From contig NZ_JMCB01000004.1 in the NCBI RefSeq assembly GCF_000737315.1, forward strand, positions 82,001-144,000: DNA of 62,000 nucleotides. Reading direction: 5' to 3'. A model generated the notes under the pieces. The model did not search any database. It saw nothing but the letters and a program-made list of their open reading frames with translations, and was not told the origin of the DNA. This document shows, piece by piece, positions 1 to 10,004 of the stretch. The translations under genes and the position numbers were made by a program. This DNA is from Hyalangium minutum. GTDB lineage: Bacteria; Myxococcota; Myxococcia; Myxococcales; Myxococcaceae. Every line of letters begins with the position of its first letter. The first letter of the stretch is position 1.

Positions 1-1108
1 CGCCCCGGGCCTCTTTCATTTTCAGTCCCAACCTTTCCCAGGCCAGGGACTCGACCAGCCGAGGGGGAAACTCCACGGGCGTCACCTGGAGTGTGCGCAG
101 GTTTCCATCCCGGAAGAGCACCAGTGGGAATGGAGAGCGGGCCGGGTAGCCACGCGCGCGCGTGTCGAAGTCCTCCGAGTCATTGATGCGCGAGCCGCCC
201 ATCTCCGCCACCACGTCCCCTCGGCGGACTCCTGCCTGCTCGGCCGGGCTGCCAGGCTCTACGTTGTCCACCAGGGCCCCGTACGAGCGATCCCAGCCCA
301 GCTGCGAGGCGACTTGCACCGGCAGATCCACCGTGTCGATGCCCACCCACGCCGGGCGCACCTTCCCGAAGCGGGTCAGCTCGTCGACGATGCGCCGCAC
401 CTTGTCCGCGGGGATCGCGAAGCCAATGCCTTGCCCACCCGCGAAGATCGCCGTGTTGATGCCGATGATCTCGCTGTCCACGTTGAGCAGCGGGCCGCCC
501 GAGTTGCCCGGGTTGATCGCCGCGTCCGTCTGCAAGAAGTCGTTGTAGACGGTGCCGTCCTCGGCGCGGAACGTGCGCCCCGTGGCGGACACCACGCCCG
601 CTGTCACCGTCTTCGCCAGGCCAAACGGGCTGCCAATGGCAATCACCGTCTCGCCGATCATCAGATCCGCGCTCGTGCCCAGCTTTGCCGTGGGCAGCGG
701 CTGCTTGGCGCTCACGCGCAGCACCGCCAGATCGTTCGTCGAGTCGCTGCCCAGCACCTCCGCCTCTAGCGTGCGCCCATCCGCCAGCACCACGTGGATC
801 GCCGAGGCCCCGCGAATCACATGATCATTCGTGACGATGATGCCCGAGGCGTCGATGATCGCCCCGCTGCCCAGCCCCTGCACCCGCCGCCGCTGCTCGC
901 GGCCGCCTCCGAAGAAGTCCTCCATGAACGAGCGCCGGCCCCGGAAGCGAGACTCCACGTCCTGCTCCGTGCCGATGTAGACGACCGCGGGAGAGACTTT
1001 CTGGACCACCTCGACGATGGCGTCACGGCGCCGGGCCATGTCCGCTTGCGCGCTGGAGGCCACCATCAACGTCATCAGCAACCACCACTTCATACCTGCG
1101 AGCCTCAT
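1..1108 (-). CDS. HtrA/DegP-like trypsin serine protease with PDZ domain (3' end runs off window)
   Basis: Manual translation, absent from ORF track: MKWWLLMTLMVASSAQA signal, LGSGAII, VTNDHV (His), DLAVL (Asp), FLQTDAAINPGNSGGPL (Ser), then PDZ (VEPGSPAEQAGVRRGDVV). Start ATG at 1108 or 1093. Confidence 0.93.
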   Translation of the reverse strand, partial: MRLAGMKWWLLMTLMVASSAQADMARRRDAIVEVVQKVSPAVVYIGTEQDVESRFRGRRSFMEDFFGGGREQRRRVQGLGSGAIIDASGIIVTNDHVIRGASAIHVVLADGRTLEAEVLGSDSTNDLAVLRVSAKQPLPTAKLGTSADLMIGETVIAIGSPFGLAKTVTAGVVSATGRTFRAEDGTVYNDFLQTDAAINPGNSGGPLLNVDSEIIGINTAIFAGGQGIGFAIPADKVRRIVDELTRFGKVRPAWVGIDTVDLPVQVASQLGWDRSYGALVDNVEPGSPAEQAGVRRGDVVAEMGGSRINDSEDFDTRARGYPARSPFPLVLFRDGNLRTLQVTPVEFPPRLVESLAWERLGLKMKEARG

Positions 1109-1280
1109 TCCATACCTTCCTTGACACCTCAGGTGTCGAGCGAGCGACGGCAGGACTGTCGGGAACTCCGCAGCATTCCCGGCACCGTCTGGATGCGGTG
1201 TGCGGCTCTTTAATAGATCAAGTGGGTCGGCCAGGGGTGGCTCGAAGGGCTTGTTCCCCTGGCGTCGAGGAGTGCGAGTC

Positions 1281-2303
1281 ATGAGTCTCGTGCTGGTGGC
1301 GGACGATGAGCCAGCGGTGCTCGAGGTATTGAGCCAGGTGGTCGAAGATCTGGGGCACGACGTGCTCCTGGCGCGGGATGGAGAGGAGGCCTTCGGGCTG
1401 GCACGCGCCAAGCGGCCGCAGCTCGTGGTGACGGACCACATGATGCCGCGGCTGAGCGGGCTGGAGCTGTGCCGCAAGCTGAAGGGCGATCAGGCCCTCA
1501 AGGACGTGCCCGTCATTCTCTTGAGCGCGGTGCTGCCCCAGGGCGTGCCGGAGGCCGCGGCCTTCCTGCACAAGCCCTTCGAGATTACGGACTTCGAGGC
1601 GGTCATCCGCCAGTCGCTGGGGCACGTGCCGGAGCAGCGCCTGTCTCCGGATGCTCCGCCGGTGGAGGCGCTGGGGCACTGGATGGCGCACACGCTCCAG
1701 GGGCCGCTGGCGGCGGCGCGCGAGCAGCTGCAGCGGCTGCAGGTGGCGCCCATGGTGGATCAGCAGGTGGTGGAGGCGCTGGGCACGCACCTGCGTTACA
1801 TGGAGTTCCTGAGCCGGAGCCTCCAGGAGGCCGCGCGGCTAACGGCCGGGAGCGTGACGCTGCACCCGGTCTCCGGTGATCTTTCGCAGCACCTGCGGCG
1901 CGTCGTGGAGGCGTGGCAGGCGCAGGCGCCCGCAGTGCCCATCCAGCTCCAGGGGCCCGGAGAGCCGGTGGAACTGCGCTTCGATCCTGAGCGCATCCGC
2001 CAAGTGTTCGACGGGCTGCTGGCGAACGCGGTGCACCATGGGGGGGGCCGCGGGGCGGTGAGAGTGGAGCTGACCGCCTCGCAGTCGCTGGTGACGGTGC
2101 GGGTGCGGGACGAGGGCCCGGGTCTCACGGACCACGAGCTGCCCCGGCTGTTCACGCCGTTCCAGGTGCGGACGGACGATGGCGGCACGGGGCTGGGGCT
2201 CTACATCGCCTCGGAGCTGGCGAGGCTGCACGGCGGGGCGCTGTCGGTGGAGACCCAGTTGAACAAGGGCTCCACGTTCAGCCTGCTGCTGCCGCGCGGC
2301 TGA
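1281..2303 (+). CDS. Receiver domain + histidine kinase (HATPase) hybrid protein
   Basis: VLVADDE...VVTDHMMP...K receiver; atypical H-box AHTLQGPL; LLANAV, DEGPG, GTGLGL. ATG 1281 follows GAGG. Confidence 0.9.
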   Translation: MSLVLVADDEPAVLEVLSQVVEDLGHDVLLARDGEEAFGLARAKRPQLVVTDHMMPRLSGLELCRKLKGDQALKDVPVILLSAVLPQGVPEAAAFLHKPFEITDFEAVIRQSLGHVPEQRLSPDAPPVEALGHWMAHTLQGPLAAAREQLQRLQVAPMVDQQVVEALGTHLRYMEFLSRSLQEAARLTAGSVTLHPVSGDLSQHLRRVVEAWQAQAPAVPIQLQGPGEPVELRFDPERIRQVFDGLLANAVHHGGGRGAVRVELTASQSLVTVRVRDEGPGLTDHELPRLFTPFQVRTDDGGTGLGLYIASELARLHGGALSVETQLNKGSTFSLLLPRG

Positions 2304-3341
2304 TCAGGCGCGCTGGGACTTCAGCATCCAGCCGATCATCTTGTAGAGCAGCCGCGCACCCACGTTGCCGTCCCACTCGCCGCCATCGGGATCGGGGGCG
2401 ACCTCGGTCAAATCGAAGCCGACGATGGTGCGCCCCGAGCGGACCACGCCGGCAATGAGTGCCGTGGCCTGAGGGAAGGAGAGGCCGCCAGGCACGGGCG
2501 TGCCGGTGTGCGGGCAGAGCACGGGATCCAGACCGTCGATGTCGAACGAGAGGTACACCTGTTGCGGGAGGTGGGCGACGAGTTCATCCACCAACCGGTT
2601 CCAGGGCATGCCGTCGAACTGCCTCTGCTGGAGCGTGGAGTCGAAGTAGGAGCGGATGCGGCCGTTGGAGAGCTCGATGACCTGGTTCTCCTCCTCGCTC
2701 ATGTCGCGCACGGCTACCTGGACGAGCGACTTCACGCCCGGCAGGCGCTGTACCACGTTGTACATGATGGAGGCGTGGGACCAGGTGAAGCCCTCGTAGG
2801 CGTTGCGCAGGTCCGCGTGCGCATCGAGGTGGAGCACTCCGAGCCCCGGGTACTTCTCGGCGTGGGCCTGGATGGAGCCGTAGGAGATGGAGTGGTCCCC
2901 GCCGATGGAGCCCACGCGCTTGCCCTGGTCGAGCCAGTGCTGGGTGGTGCGGTAGACGTAGTCGTTCATCTTCTCGGAGAGCGCGTTGACCTCGTTGGCG
3001 GCGGCGCGGAGCTCGGGCTGGTCGGCGTGGACGCCTCCGGCCTCGATGACGAGCTGGGCGCGCTCCTTGGCGCGGGTATTCCAGGCGCGGAGATCCTCGG
3101 ACTCGGGGAGCATGGCGATGCCGCGCTCATAGGGGCGGCCGGTCTCCACGTCGAAGAGGTCGACCTGGCGGCTGGCATTGAGGACGGCGCTGGGGCCCTC
3201 GGAGGTGCCGCCGCCGTAGCTGGTGGTGGCCTCGAAGGGGACGGGGACGAGGACGACATGGGCCTCGTCGGGAGAGTGGGGGAGGCCGAAGATGCCGGAA
3301 TCAGGGGAGGCGGCGGCGCCGGGGTCGAAGTGGGTAGCCAT
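2304..3341 (-). CDS. speB: Agmatinase/arginase (ureohydrolase) family protein
   Basis: GGDHS, LHLDAHADLR, SFDIDGLDP...PHTGTPVPGGL Mn-binding motifs; exact substrate not determinable. Confidence 0.85.
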   Translation of the reverse strand: MATHFDPGAAASPDSGIFGLPHSPDEAHVVLVPVPFEATTSYGGGTSEGPSAVLNASRQVDLFDVETGRPYERGIAMLPESEDLRAWNTRAKERAQLVIEAGGVHADQPELRAAANEVNALSEKMNDYVYRTTQHWLDQGKRVGSIGGDHSISYGSIQAHAEKYPGLGVLHLDAHADLRNAYEGFTWSHASIMYNVVQRLPGVKSLVQVAVRDMSEEENQVIELSNGRIRSYFDSTLQQRQFDGMPWNRLVDELVAHLPQQVYLSFDIDGLDPVLCPHTGTPVPGGLSFPQATALIAGVVRSGRTIVGFDLTEVAPDPDGGEWDGNVGARLLYKMIGWMLKSQRA

Positions 3342-3469
3342 GGCGCGGCGCAGGATATGGAGTCAGCCGGGGTTGGCAATGGCCTTCGGTCGGCGCTCGA
3401 ACGGGTCCTTGCTGCGTGGGTAGACTGGCTCACTCTGCGGAAGGGCGCAGACCGAGGGGGAGTCCACAT

Positions 3470-3937
3470 ATGCGAGAGGCTGTGAAGCGGTTTGGCTGGG
3501 GGCTTGTGTTGGGTGCGGCGCTGGTGGGGTGTGGAGGGGATGAGGAGGAAGCTCCCGTCATCCAGACGATGCGGGTGGTGGAGCACGCGAGCACGGATGC
3601 CGTCACCGACAATTCGCCCCCGGGAGACTCCGTGGGGGACGTGCTGACCTTCGCGAACGAGCTGTACGACGAGACGAACACGCGGAAGGTGGGCACAAAC
3701 CAGGGCTACTGCGTGCGGGTGGTGGCGGGGCAGGCCTGGGAGTGTCTGTGGACCGCTTTCCTGGAGGGCGGGCAAATCTCGGTGGAGGGCCCCTTCTACG
3801 ATGTGAAGGGGTCCACCCTGTCCATCACGGGCGGCACCGGGAACTTCAATGGCGCCCGTGGGCAGATGCAGCTGGAGTTCCGCAACCCGCAGGGCACGGA
3901 GTTCGACTTCATCTACCAGGTCCTGCTGGACCGCTGA
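3470..3937 (+). CDS. Allene-oxide-cyclase/dirigent-like beta-barrel lipoprotein
   Basis: Lipobox AALVGC; GDVLTFANELYD...VGTNQGYCVR and LSITGGTGNFNGARGQ match the AOC/dirigent fold pattern. Confidence 0.75.
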   Translation: MREAVKRFGWGLVLGAALVGCGGDEEEAPVIQTMRVVEHASTDAVTDNSPPGDSVGDVLTFANELYDETNTRKVGTNQGYCVRVVAGQAWECLWTAFLEGGQISVEGPFYDVKGSTLSITGGTGNFNGARGQMQLEFRNPQGTEFDFIYQVLLDR

Positions 3938-3955
3938 GGTGAAGGCGCTGTGGGC

Positions 3956-6760
3956 TCAGGGGCCGAAGCCCACCACCAGGGCCGGCGTGGTGCGGTAGAG
4001 GTACCCGCCGTTGCCCAGCTGGCCCAGCCAGTTGTTGCCCCACACCGACAGCGTGCCGGTCTGGCTCAGCGTCATCGAGGACAGGTTGCCCGCGATGACC
4101 TTTTGCACGCCACTCACCCCCGTGAGCTGCTTGATCGTCGTGCCGGGGATGGTCGTCCCCGCGCCCGCCTGGCTCTGGGAGTTGCTGCCCCAGCCCCACG
4201 CCGTGCCGTCCGTCTTCACCGCCAGCGTGTGGCTCGAGCCCGCGGACACCCCCGCCACGCTGCTCAGGGCCGTCACCCGCACCGGCGTGCTGCGCGAGGT
4301 GTACGTGCCGTCCCCCAGCTGGCCCGAGCCGTTGTTCCCCCACACCCAGAGCGTCCCGTCGCTCTTGACCGCCAGCGAGTGGTCGTCTCCCGCTGCCACC
4401 GCCACCACGCCCGTCATCCCCGGCACCTGCACCGGCGACGTGCGGCGCGTGGTCGTCCCATCTCCCAGCTGGCCGTAGTCATTGCGTCCCCACGCCCACA
4501 CCGTGCCGTCCGACTTCAGCACCAACGTGTGCGCATAGCCCGCCGCCATCGCCGCCACGTTCGTCATCCCCGGCACCAGCACCGGCGAATAGCGCTGAGT
4601 CGTCGTACCGTCCCCCAGTTGTCCGTAGATGTTGCCGCCCCACGCCCACATCGTCCCGTCGCTCTTCAGCACCAGCGAGTGGAAGTAGCCTGCCTTGATC
4701 GCCGTCACCCCCGTCAGGTTCGGTACCTGGAGGGGCGAGTAGTGGTACTCGGTGCCATTGAGGGGCCCGATGCCCAGCGAGCCATAGCCTCCATAGCCCC
4801 AGGCCCACACGGTGCCGTCCGCCTTCAACGCCAGCGAGTACATCTGGCCCGCCGCCACCGCCGTCACGCTGCTCAGCCCCGTCACCTGCGCCGGCAGGTT
4901 CTGGGCCGTTTGCGGATGCCCCAGCGGGAATGCGTAGGAGAGGCCCCCGCCCCACGACCAGAGCGTGCCATCCGAGCGCAGCGCCAGCATGTGCCAGTAG
5001 CCCACCGCTGCCGCCGTCACGTTCGTCAGGCCCTGCACCGTCACCGGGGTGGTGGTGTGCACGATCTTCCCATCCCCCAGCTCGTAATCATCGTTGCCGC
5101 CCCAGGCCCAGATCCGCCCGTCCGAGTGCTTCGCCACCGAGTGGGAGCCTCCAGCTGCCACCGCCACCACCCCGCTCAGCCCCACCACCTGCACCGGCGT
5201 GTTGCGCTGGGTGGTCGTCCCATCGCCCAGCTGGCCCAGGTTGTTGCTGCCCCACGTCCACACCGTGCCGTCCGACTTCAGCGCCACCGAGTGGTTGTAC
5301 CCCGTGGCCACCGCCACCACCCCGCTCAGCCCCACCACCTGCACCGGTGTGTTGCGGCTGGTGGTCGTCCCATCGCCCAGCTGGCCCGAGCCGTTGCTGC
5401 CCCAGGCCCACACGGTGCCGTCCGTCTTCAGCGCCAGCGAGTAGCCCATCCCCGCCACCACCGCCTTCACCCCGCTCAGCCCCACCACCTGTCCCGGCGT
5501 GTTGCGGCTGGTGGTCGTCCCATCGCCCAGCTCGCCATTCCAGTTGGAGCCCCAGCTCCACACCGTGCCCGCCGGCGAGGTCACCGCCAGCGTGTGGTAG
5601 TCGCCCGCGTCCGCTGCCACCACGCCGCTCAAGCCCTGCACCTGCGCGGGCAGGGAGCGGGACGTGGTCGTGCCATCCCCCAGCTGGCCGTACATGTTGT
5701 TGCCCCAGATCCACAGCGTCCCGTCACTCTTCACCGCCAGCGAGTGCCTCGAGCCCCCAGCCAGCACAGCCACCGAGCTCAGCCCTACCGCCTGCACCGG
5801 GTTGCCGGGGTAGTTCGTCGTCCCGTCGCCCAGCTGCCCATCGTTGTTGCTGCCCCAGCCCCACACCGTGCCGTCCTGCGTCAGCGCCAGCTGGTGCCCG
5901 CCCCCGGAGGCCAGCGACACCACGCTGCTCAGCCCCCACACCTGCGTCCGCTGGCCGCGGAGGGTGGAGTACCCATCCGTGTAGTCTCCCTGGTTGCTGC
6001 CCCACGTCCACACCGTGCCATCCGCCGCGATGCTCAGCGACAGCCGATCACCACTGCTCACGGTGGCCCGGCTCGAGGTGGGAGGCGGCGGAGGCGTGGC
6101 GGTCCCTACCTCGAAGACCAGGTCGTCGCGATCATCGTAGCCCCCGGAGGTGCAAGGGGCGGCCGTCCCCGAGTACCGGAACGAGGCGCGCACCGCCTGC
6201 ATGCTGCCGCCGGTCGAGGGCAGGGTGGTGTTGGCCACCAGCACCTGCGTCCCCGCTCCAGACGGCACCAGCGTGGTGACGAAGGTCCACGACGGGTTGC
6301 TCGCGTCCGCCGCCACGTAGATGTCCAGGTAGTCCGAGCTGTAGCCGGAATACGCCCAGACGGTGGCCTCCACCGTGACCGCCTTGCCCGGCGCCAGGGC
6401 CGTGCCGTCCACCGTGGAGACCTTCAGCCGATCCAGCGACTCATCCGAGTGGAACATGCCCGAGGGGCCGTCCGCACAGCTGCCGCCCAGCGTGTTGGGG
6501 GCATGGGACTCTGGGCCGACTGAACCGCGGCCCAGTACCAACGACGGCCCCGTGTCACAGCCCGAAGCTCCCGCGGTGCACTTGGGCGCCTGGAGCGCCG
6601 GATCGTAGCTCGCCGTCTGCACCAGGGCCGCCGAGGCCGTGGCGGCCTGGAGGGGGCTGACCGGCGCCTGCTCCGCTGCCGTCCCGAGCTCTGCTCCACA
6701 GCCGCTCGCCAGCGCTCCCAGCAGCAGCCACAGTGTTCTCGCACTCTTCGCTGTCCGCAT
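3956..6760 (-). CDS. RCC1/BLIP-II repeat lipoprotein with N-terminal Cys-containing beta domain
   Basis: Lipobox LASGC; about 14 repeats of (H/Y)xLAxKxDGTVWxWGxNxxGQLGDGT. Start ATG 6760 (or TTG 6784). Confidence 0.9.
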   Translation of the reverse strand: MRTAKSARTLWLLLGALASGCGAELGTAAEQAPVSPLQAATASAALVQTASYDPALQAPKCTAGASGCDTGPSLVLGRGSVGPESHAPNTLGGSCADGPSGMFHSDESLDRLKVSTVDGTALAPGKAVTVEATVWAYSGYSSDYLDIYVAADASNPSWTFVTTLVPSGAGTQVLVANTTLPSTGGSMQAVRASFRYSGTAAPCTSGGYDDRDDLVFEVGTATPPPPPTSSRATVSSGDRLSLSIAADGTVWTWGSNQGDYTDGYSTLRGQRTQVWGLSSVVSLASGGGHQLALTQDGTVWGWGSNNDGQLGDGTTNYPGNPVQAVGLSSVAVLAGGSRHSLAVKSDGTLWIWGNNMYGQLGDGTTTSRSLPAQVQGLSGVVAADAGDYHTLAVTSPAGTVWSWGSNWNGELGDGTTTSRNTPGQVVGLSGVKAVVAGMGYSLALKTDGTVWAWGSNGSGQLGDGTTTSRNTPVQVVGLSGVVAVATGYNHSVALKSDGTVWTWGSNNLGQLGDGTTTQRNTPVQVVGLSGVVAVAAGGSHSVAKHSDGRIWAWGGNDDYELGDGKIVHTTTPVTVQGLTNVTAAAVGYWHMLALRSDGTLWSWGGGLSYAFPLGHPQTAQNLPAQVTGLSSVTAVAAGQMYSLALKADGTVWAWGYGGYGSLGIGPLNGTEYHYSPLQVPNLTGVTAIKAGYFHSLVLKSDGTMWAWGGNIYGQLGDGTTTQRYSPVLVPGMTNVAAMAAGYAHTLVLKSDGTVWAWGRNDYGQLGDGTTTRRTSPVQVPGMTGVVAVAAGDDHSLAVKSDGTLWVWGNNGSGQLGDGTYTSRSTPVRVTALSSVAGVSAGSSHTLAVKTDGTAWGWGSNSQSQAGAGTTIPGTTIKQLTGVSGVQKVIAGNLSSMTLSQTGTLSVWGNNWLGQLGNGGYLYRTTPALVVGFGP
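5161..5536. repeat. Near-identical 150-bp intragenic tandem repeats (RCC1 blades)
   Basis: ccgccaccaccccgctcagccccaccacctgcaccgg...gtggtcgtcccatcgcccagct recurs at 5161, 5311 and 5461. Confidence 0.85.
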
Positions 6761-6909
6761 CCGTTTTGCTCCCTTTTCGAGCACACGCTTTGAACGTGCT
6801 TACCGGTGAAAAACGGTAAAAAACGTACTTCTCGCGAAGTCCGCCAGTAATGAAATTATCTGATAGACTTGGAGTGTGGGTGAGGTGAGGAATCGCTGGG
6901 AGGAAGGAC

Positions 6910-7899
6910 TCACTCCCAGTGCAGGACTACCTTGCCCACAGCCTCGTTGCTCGCCATGCGCGTGAGCGCGTCCCGGAGGTCCGTCATCGGCACCACGGCG
7001 TCGATGACGGGCTTCAGCGCTCCCGAGCGGAACAGCGGGAGCAAGTGACGCTCCGCCGCTTGGGCCAGGGCGATCTTCTCCTCCAGCGGACGGCTGCGCA
7101 GCACCGTGCCGGTAATCCGCAGGCGCTTCATCAGGATCAGCCCCAGGTTCACCTGCGTCTTGTTGCCCGCCACCAGCCCCACGAGCATCGCCCGGCCCTG
7201 CGGTGCCAGCGCCTCCAGCGTCTCCGGGACGTAGTCCCCGCCCACGAGATCCAACGCCACGTCCGCGCCTCGGCCTCCCGTGGCCTTCTTCACGGCCTCG
7301 GCGAAGCGGGGTGGGGTGCCGTCCACATGCACCGTGTGCTCCACGCCCCACTCGCGGGCTCGCTCCAGCTTCTTCGCGTTGCGCCCCGTGCCCACCACCT
7401 GCACACCCATCGCCCGGCACAGCTGCGCCGCTGCCGAGCCCACGCCACTCGCCACCGCGTGCACCAGCGCTGTCTCGCCCGGCCGCATGCCTCCTTGCAG
7501 CACCAGCGCGTCGAACGCCGTCAGGTACACCTCCGGTAGCGCTGCTGCGTCCGTGAAGTCCATGCCTTCGGGCATGGGCAGCGCCTCACGCTCGTGGACT
7601 GTGAGCTGCTCCGCCCAGGCCCCGCCTCCCACCAGTCCCATCACCCGATCCCCAGGCTTGAAGCGGCGGCACCGAGGCCCCACCGCGAGCACCTCGCCCG
7701 CGTACTCCAGGCCCGGAACGTCCGGCGGCACATCCGGCGGAGCCGCGTAGTGCCCCTTCACCTGCAACAGGTCCGCCCGGTTGAGTGCCGTGGCTCGAAC
7801 CCTGACGAGCAATTCCGAGGGCCCCGGTGTCAGATCCGGACGATCTTCCAGCGAGAGGACCTCGGGACCGCCTGCGCCTGTGGTGCGGAAGACTTTCAT
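6910..7899 (-). CDS. NAD(P)H:quinone oxidoreductase (zeta-crystallin/PIG3 type)
   Basis: ALNRADLLQ, PGLEYAGEV, HAVASGVGSAA, GKVVL. Confidence 0.92.
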   Translation of the reverse strand: MKVFRTTGAGGPEVLSLEDRPDLTPGPSELLVRVRATALNRADLLQVKGHYAAPPDVPPDVPGLEYAGEVLAVGPRCRRFKPGDRVMGLVGGGAWAEQLTVHEREALPMPEGMDFTDAAALPEVYLTAFDALVLQGGMRPGETALVHAVASGVGSAAAQLCRAMGVQVVGTGRNAKKLERAREWGVEHTVHVDGTPPRFAEAVKKATGGRGADVALDLVGGDYVPETLEALAPQGRAMLVGLVAGNKTQVNLGLILMKRLRITGTVLRSRPLEEKIALAQAAERHLLPLFRSGALKPVIDAVVPMTDLRDALTRMASNEAVGKVVLHWE

Positions 7900-7911
7900 G
7901 CGTGCCTCGCT

Positions 7912-9039
7912 TCAGCCGTTCCATTCCGTGTAGTGCGTCGTCGCCTCGCCCATCGCCAGCCCGTGCCGCCGCGCCACCTGGAACATGTGGGGAAACGCCG
8001 CCAGCTGATACCAGAACGGCTTCTGATCTTCCCTCCGCCAGAGTGAGTCGCGTGCGGCGCTGAACGCTTGCCACCACTCGCGCAGCTCCCGCCACGAGCG
8101 CAGCCGAGGCAGCGCCGCCGTCCACATGAGCATGCCCAACATCACCGGCTTCTCCAGATCGGGCTCGGCGATTCCCTCGCCGAACATCGCCCGCCCGAGC
8201 CTCCCATCCTCCGGGAACAGGAGCATGCCGCTCGTCATCCGGGGATTGCACTCCAGCGCGTACAGCGCTCCGCTCGCCGTCTCGATGAAGTCAAACCCGA
8301 GGCTCCCCGTGAAGCCCGTGCCCTCCAGGAAGCGCAGCACCCAGTCGCGGCTGCCCGCGTGGGCGATGGGCTCGTAATAGAACCCGGGCCCTCCCGGGAA
8401 CCGATACCGCGGCTGGTAGCAAACATGCGCCACCAGCGCTCCCTCCCAGACGAGGCTGGAGGTGCACAGCTCGGTGCCCTCGATGAACTGCTGGGCCAGC
8501 AGGCGCTGCTGGAAATCGAGCCCCCTCCGCGAAGCTCCCGCCTGCAGCAGCCGCGTCTTCTGTCCGAAGCGCGTGAACGCAGGCTTCACGATGAGCCGGC
8601 CGTGCTCCCGCAGGAGCGCCTCCAACTGCGAAGGGCCCTCCAGGGGCCACGTCTTCGGCGCGGGCAGGCCTCGGGCGGACAACCGCTGGTTGAACGCCCA
8701 CTTGTCATGCCACTCCGCGAGCTGCTCGAAGCGGCCCGCCACCACGAGGCAGCGCTCCCTCAGCCGCTCCCAGTGCCGCGCCACATAGAGGACCTCCTCC
8801 CCCGTGGGCACGAGCGCATCCACCCCATGCTCCTCGATGAGCGAGAGCAAGCGTTGGATGAACGCCTCCTCCTCGAAGCGAGGCGAGGGAATCTGGAACG
8901 TCCTCGCCACGTCCCGCGAGTGCCGCATCGGGTACGTCGGGAAGGTGTCGCAGACGAACACCTCGTGTCCCGCCCGCTTCAGCTGCCGCACCGCCCCAAG
9001 CGCGGGGATTCCTCGGGCTCCGGTCAGCAGGACTCTCAC
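7912..9039 (-). CDS. ATP-grasp domain protein (carboxylate-amine ligase-like)
   Basis: N-terminal VLLTGARG; LIVKPAFTRFG, LAQQFIEGTE, LGFDFI, LECNPR. GTG 9039 overlaps the desaturase stop (GTGA). Confidence 0.85.
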   Translation of the reverse strand: MRVLLTGARGIPALGAVRQLKRAGHEVFVCDTFPTYPMRHSRDVARTFQIPSPRFEEEAFIQRLLSLIEEHGVDALVPTGEEVLYVARHWERLRERCLVVAGRFEQLAEWHDKWAFNQRLSARGLPAPKTWPLEGPSQLEALLREHGRLIVKPAFTRFGQKTRLLQAGASRRGLDFQQRLLAQQFIEGTELCTSSLVWEGALVAHVCYQPRYRFPGGPGFYYEPIAHAGSRDWVLRFLEGTGFTGSLGFDFIETASGALYALECNPRMTSGMLLFPEDGRLGRAMFGEGIAEPDLEKPVMLGMLMWTAALPRLRSWRELREWWQAFSAARDSLWRREDQKPFWYQLAAFPHMFQVARRHGLAMGEATTHYTEWNG

Positions 9040-9971
9040 GATGGGTACTGACGCGGAATGTCCTTCAGCGGCTCCGGGCCCGGCTCCTGCGCGGGCATCG
9101 GCCCCGTGGTCCACTGACGGAGGTAGTGAAGGATGTACGAGCGGCGCTGCTCACCCGGCGGAGACAGCGCGGGCAGGTGGAGCCACGACACGTCCGGGTA
9201 CGCGTGGTGGTTGTAGTCCAGCTCGCGGTGCAGGTTGAGCCAGCCATACGGCCACGGCGCCTCCAGGTTGAACGCGCCCTTGATGACGTCCCTCGGCGCG
9301 TACGAGTGCTCCAGGTAGTTCACCCCAGACCAGAGCGCTCCCGCTGCCACGTAGAACAACCCCAGCCGCCCCAGTGACAGCCCGGACAGCACGCTCGCCC
9401 CTGTTATCGCCACGGCGCACAGCAGCAGCTCCGCGCGGATGCGCCCGATGCTGATCTCCGGATGGCGGAAGATGGCCTCCGCGATGTGGAGCTTCTCGGA
9501 CATGCGGCGGAACACCCCCGGCGCCACGAGCAGCAGCAACAGGAACGGAGGGATGACCCAGTACCAGAACCCCACCAGCATCAGGTACCAGGCGATCGTC
9601 CGCCCCACCCGCGAGTGGTGCGGGTAGTACAGGTCGAACATCTCCTGGTCGCTGCGGTTCTTCAGGTGGTGGCTCCAGTGGGTGATGGAGAGCATCGACG
9701 CCGACATCGGGAACAGCAGCCCGCACAGCACCCCCAGCCACCGGTTCCACACCGGATTCGGGTGCAGCTTGAGGTGCGAGGCCTCGTGCATCAGGGCGAA
9801 CTGTGTCTGGAAGAGCAGGGCGTAGGCCCCCACGCACAGGCCCAGCGCCCAGCCGCTCTCCACCCGCGCTCCGAGGAGCAGCAGCCCCACCAGCGCCAAG
9901 AACACGCTCAGCGTCAGGAACGTGTTCAGGCGGTAGGGGATGCTGCGGAAGTCTCTCGGCGCGCTGCTCAT
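9036..9971 (-). CDS. Membrane fatty-acid-desaturase-family protein
   Basis: His boxes HEASH, HWSHH, YLEH and an altered third box DYNHH-AYP; hydrophobic segments. Confidence 0.85.
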   Translation of the reverse strand: MSSAPRDFRSIPYRLNTFLTLSVFLALVGLLLLGARVESGWALGLCVGAYALLFQTQFALMHEASHLKLHPNPVWNRWLGVLCGLLFPMSASMLSITHWSHHLKNRSDQEMFDLYYPHHSRVGRTIAWYLMLVGFWYWVIPPFLLLLLVAPGVFRRMSEKLHIAEAIFRHPEISIGRIRAELLLCAVAITGASVLSGLSLGRLGLFYVAAGALWSGVNYLEHSYAPRDVIKGAFNLEAPWPYGWLNLHRELDYNHHAYPDVSWLHLPALSPPGEQRRSYILHYLRQWTTGPMPAQEPGPEPLKDIPRQYPS

Positions 9972-10004
9972 ACGGGACCCCAGTATGACCCAAGTGGCTC
10001 GGGG

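Noticed and set aside
1281-2303. Pseudokinase call because the H-box reads AHTLQGPL
   Set aside because: The His and all ATP-lid motifs are retained; divergence alone is insufficient.
3950-6523. 857-aa plus-strand ORF (and similar long ORFs at 15470-17389, 32746-35328, 34056-37043, 47572-49236, 55951-58182)
   Set aside because: Shadow frames of well-supported genes in GC-rich DNA; Arg/Ala/Pro-rich with no motifs.
7912-9039. Mycosporine-glycine ligase (MysC) assignment
   Set aside because: Similar N-terminal Rossmann + ATP-grasp layout, but no sugar-phosphate cyclase or O-methyltransferase nearby.
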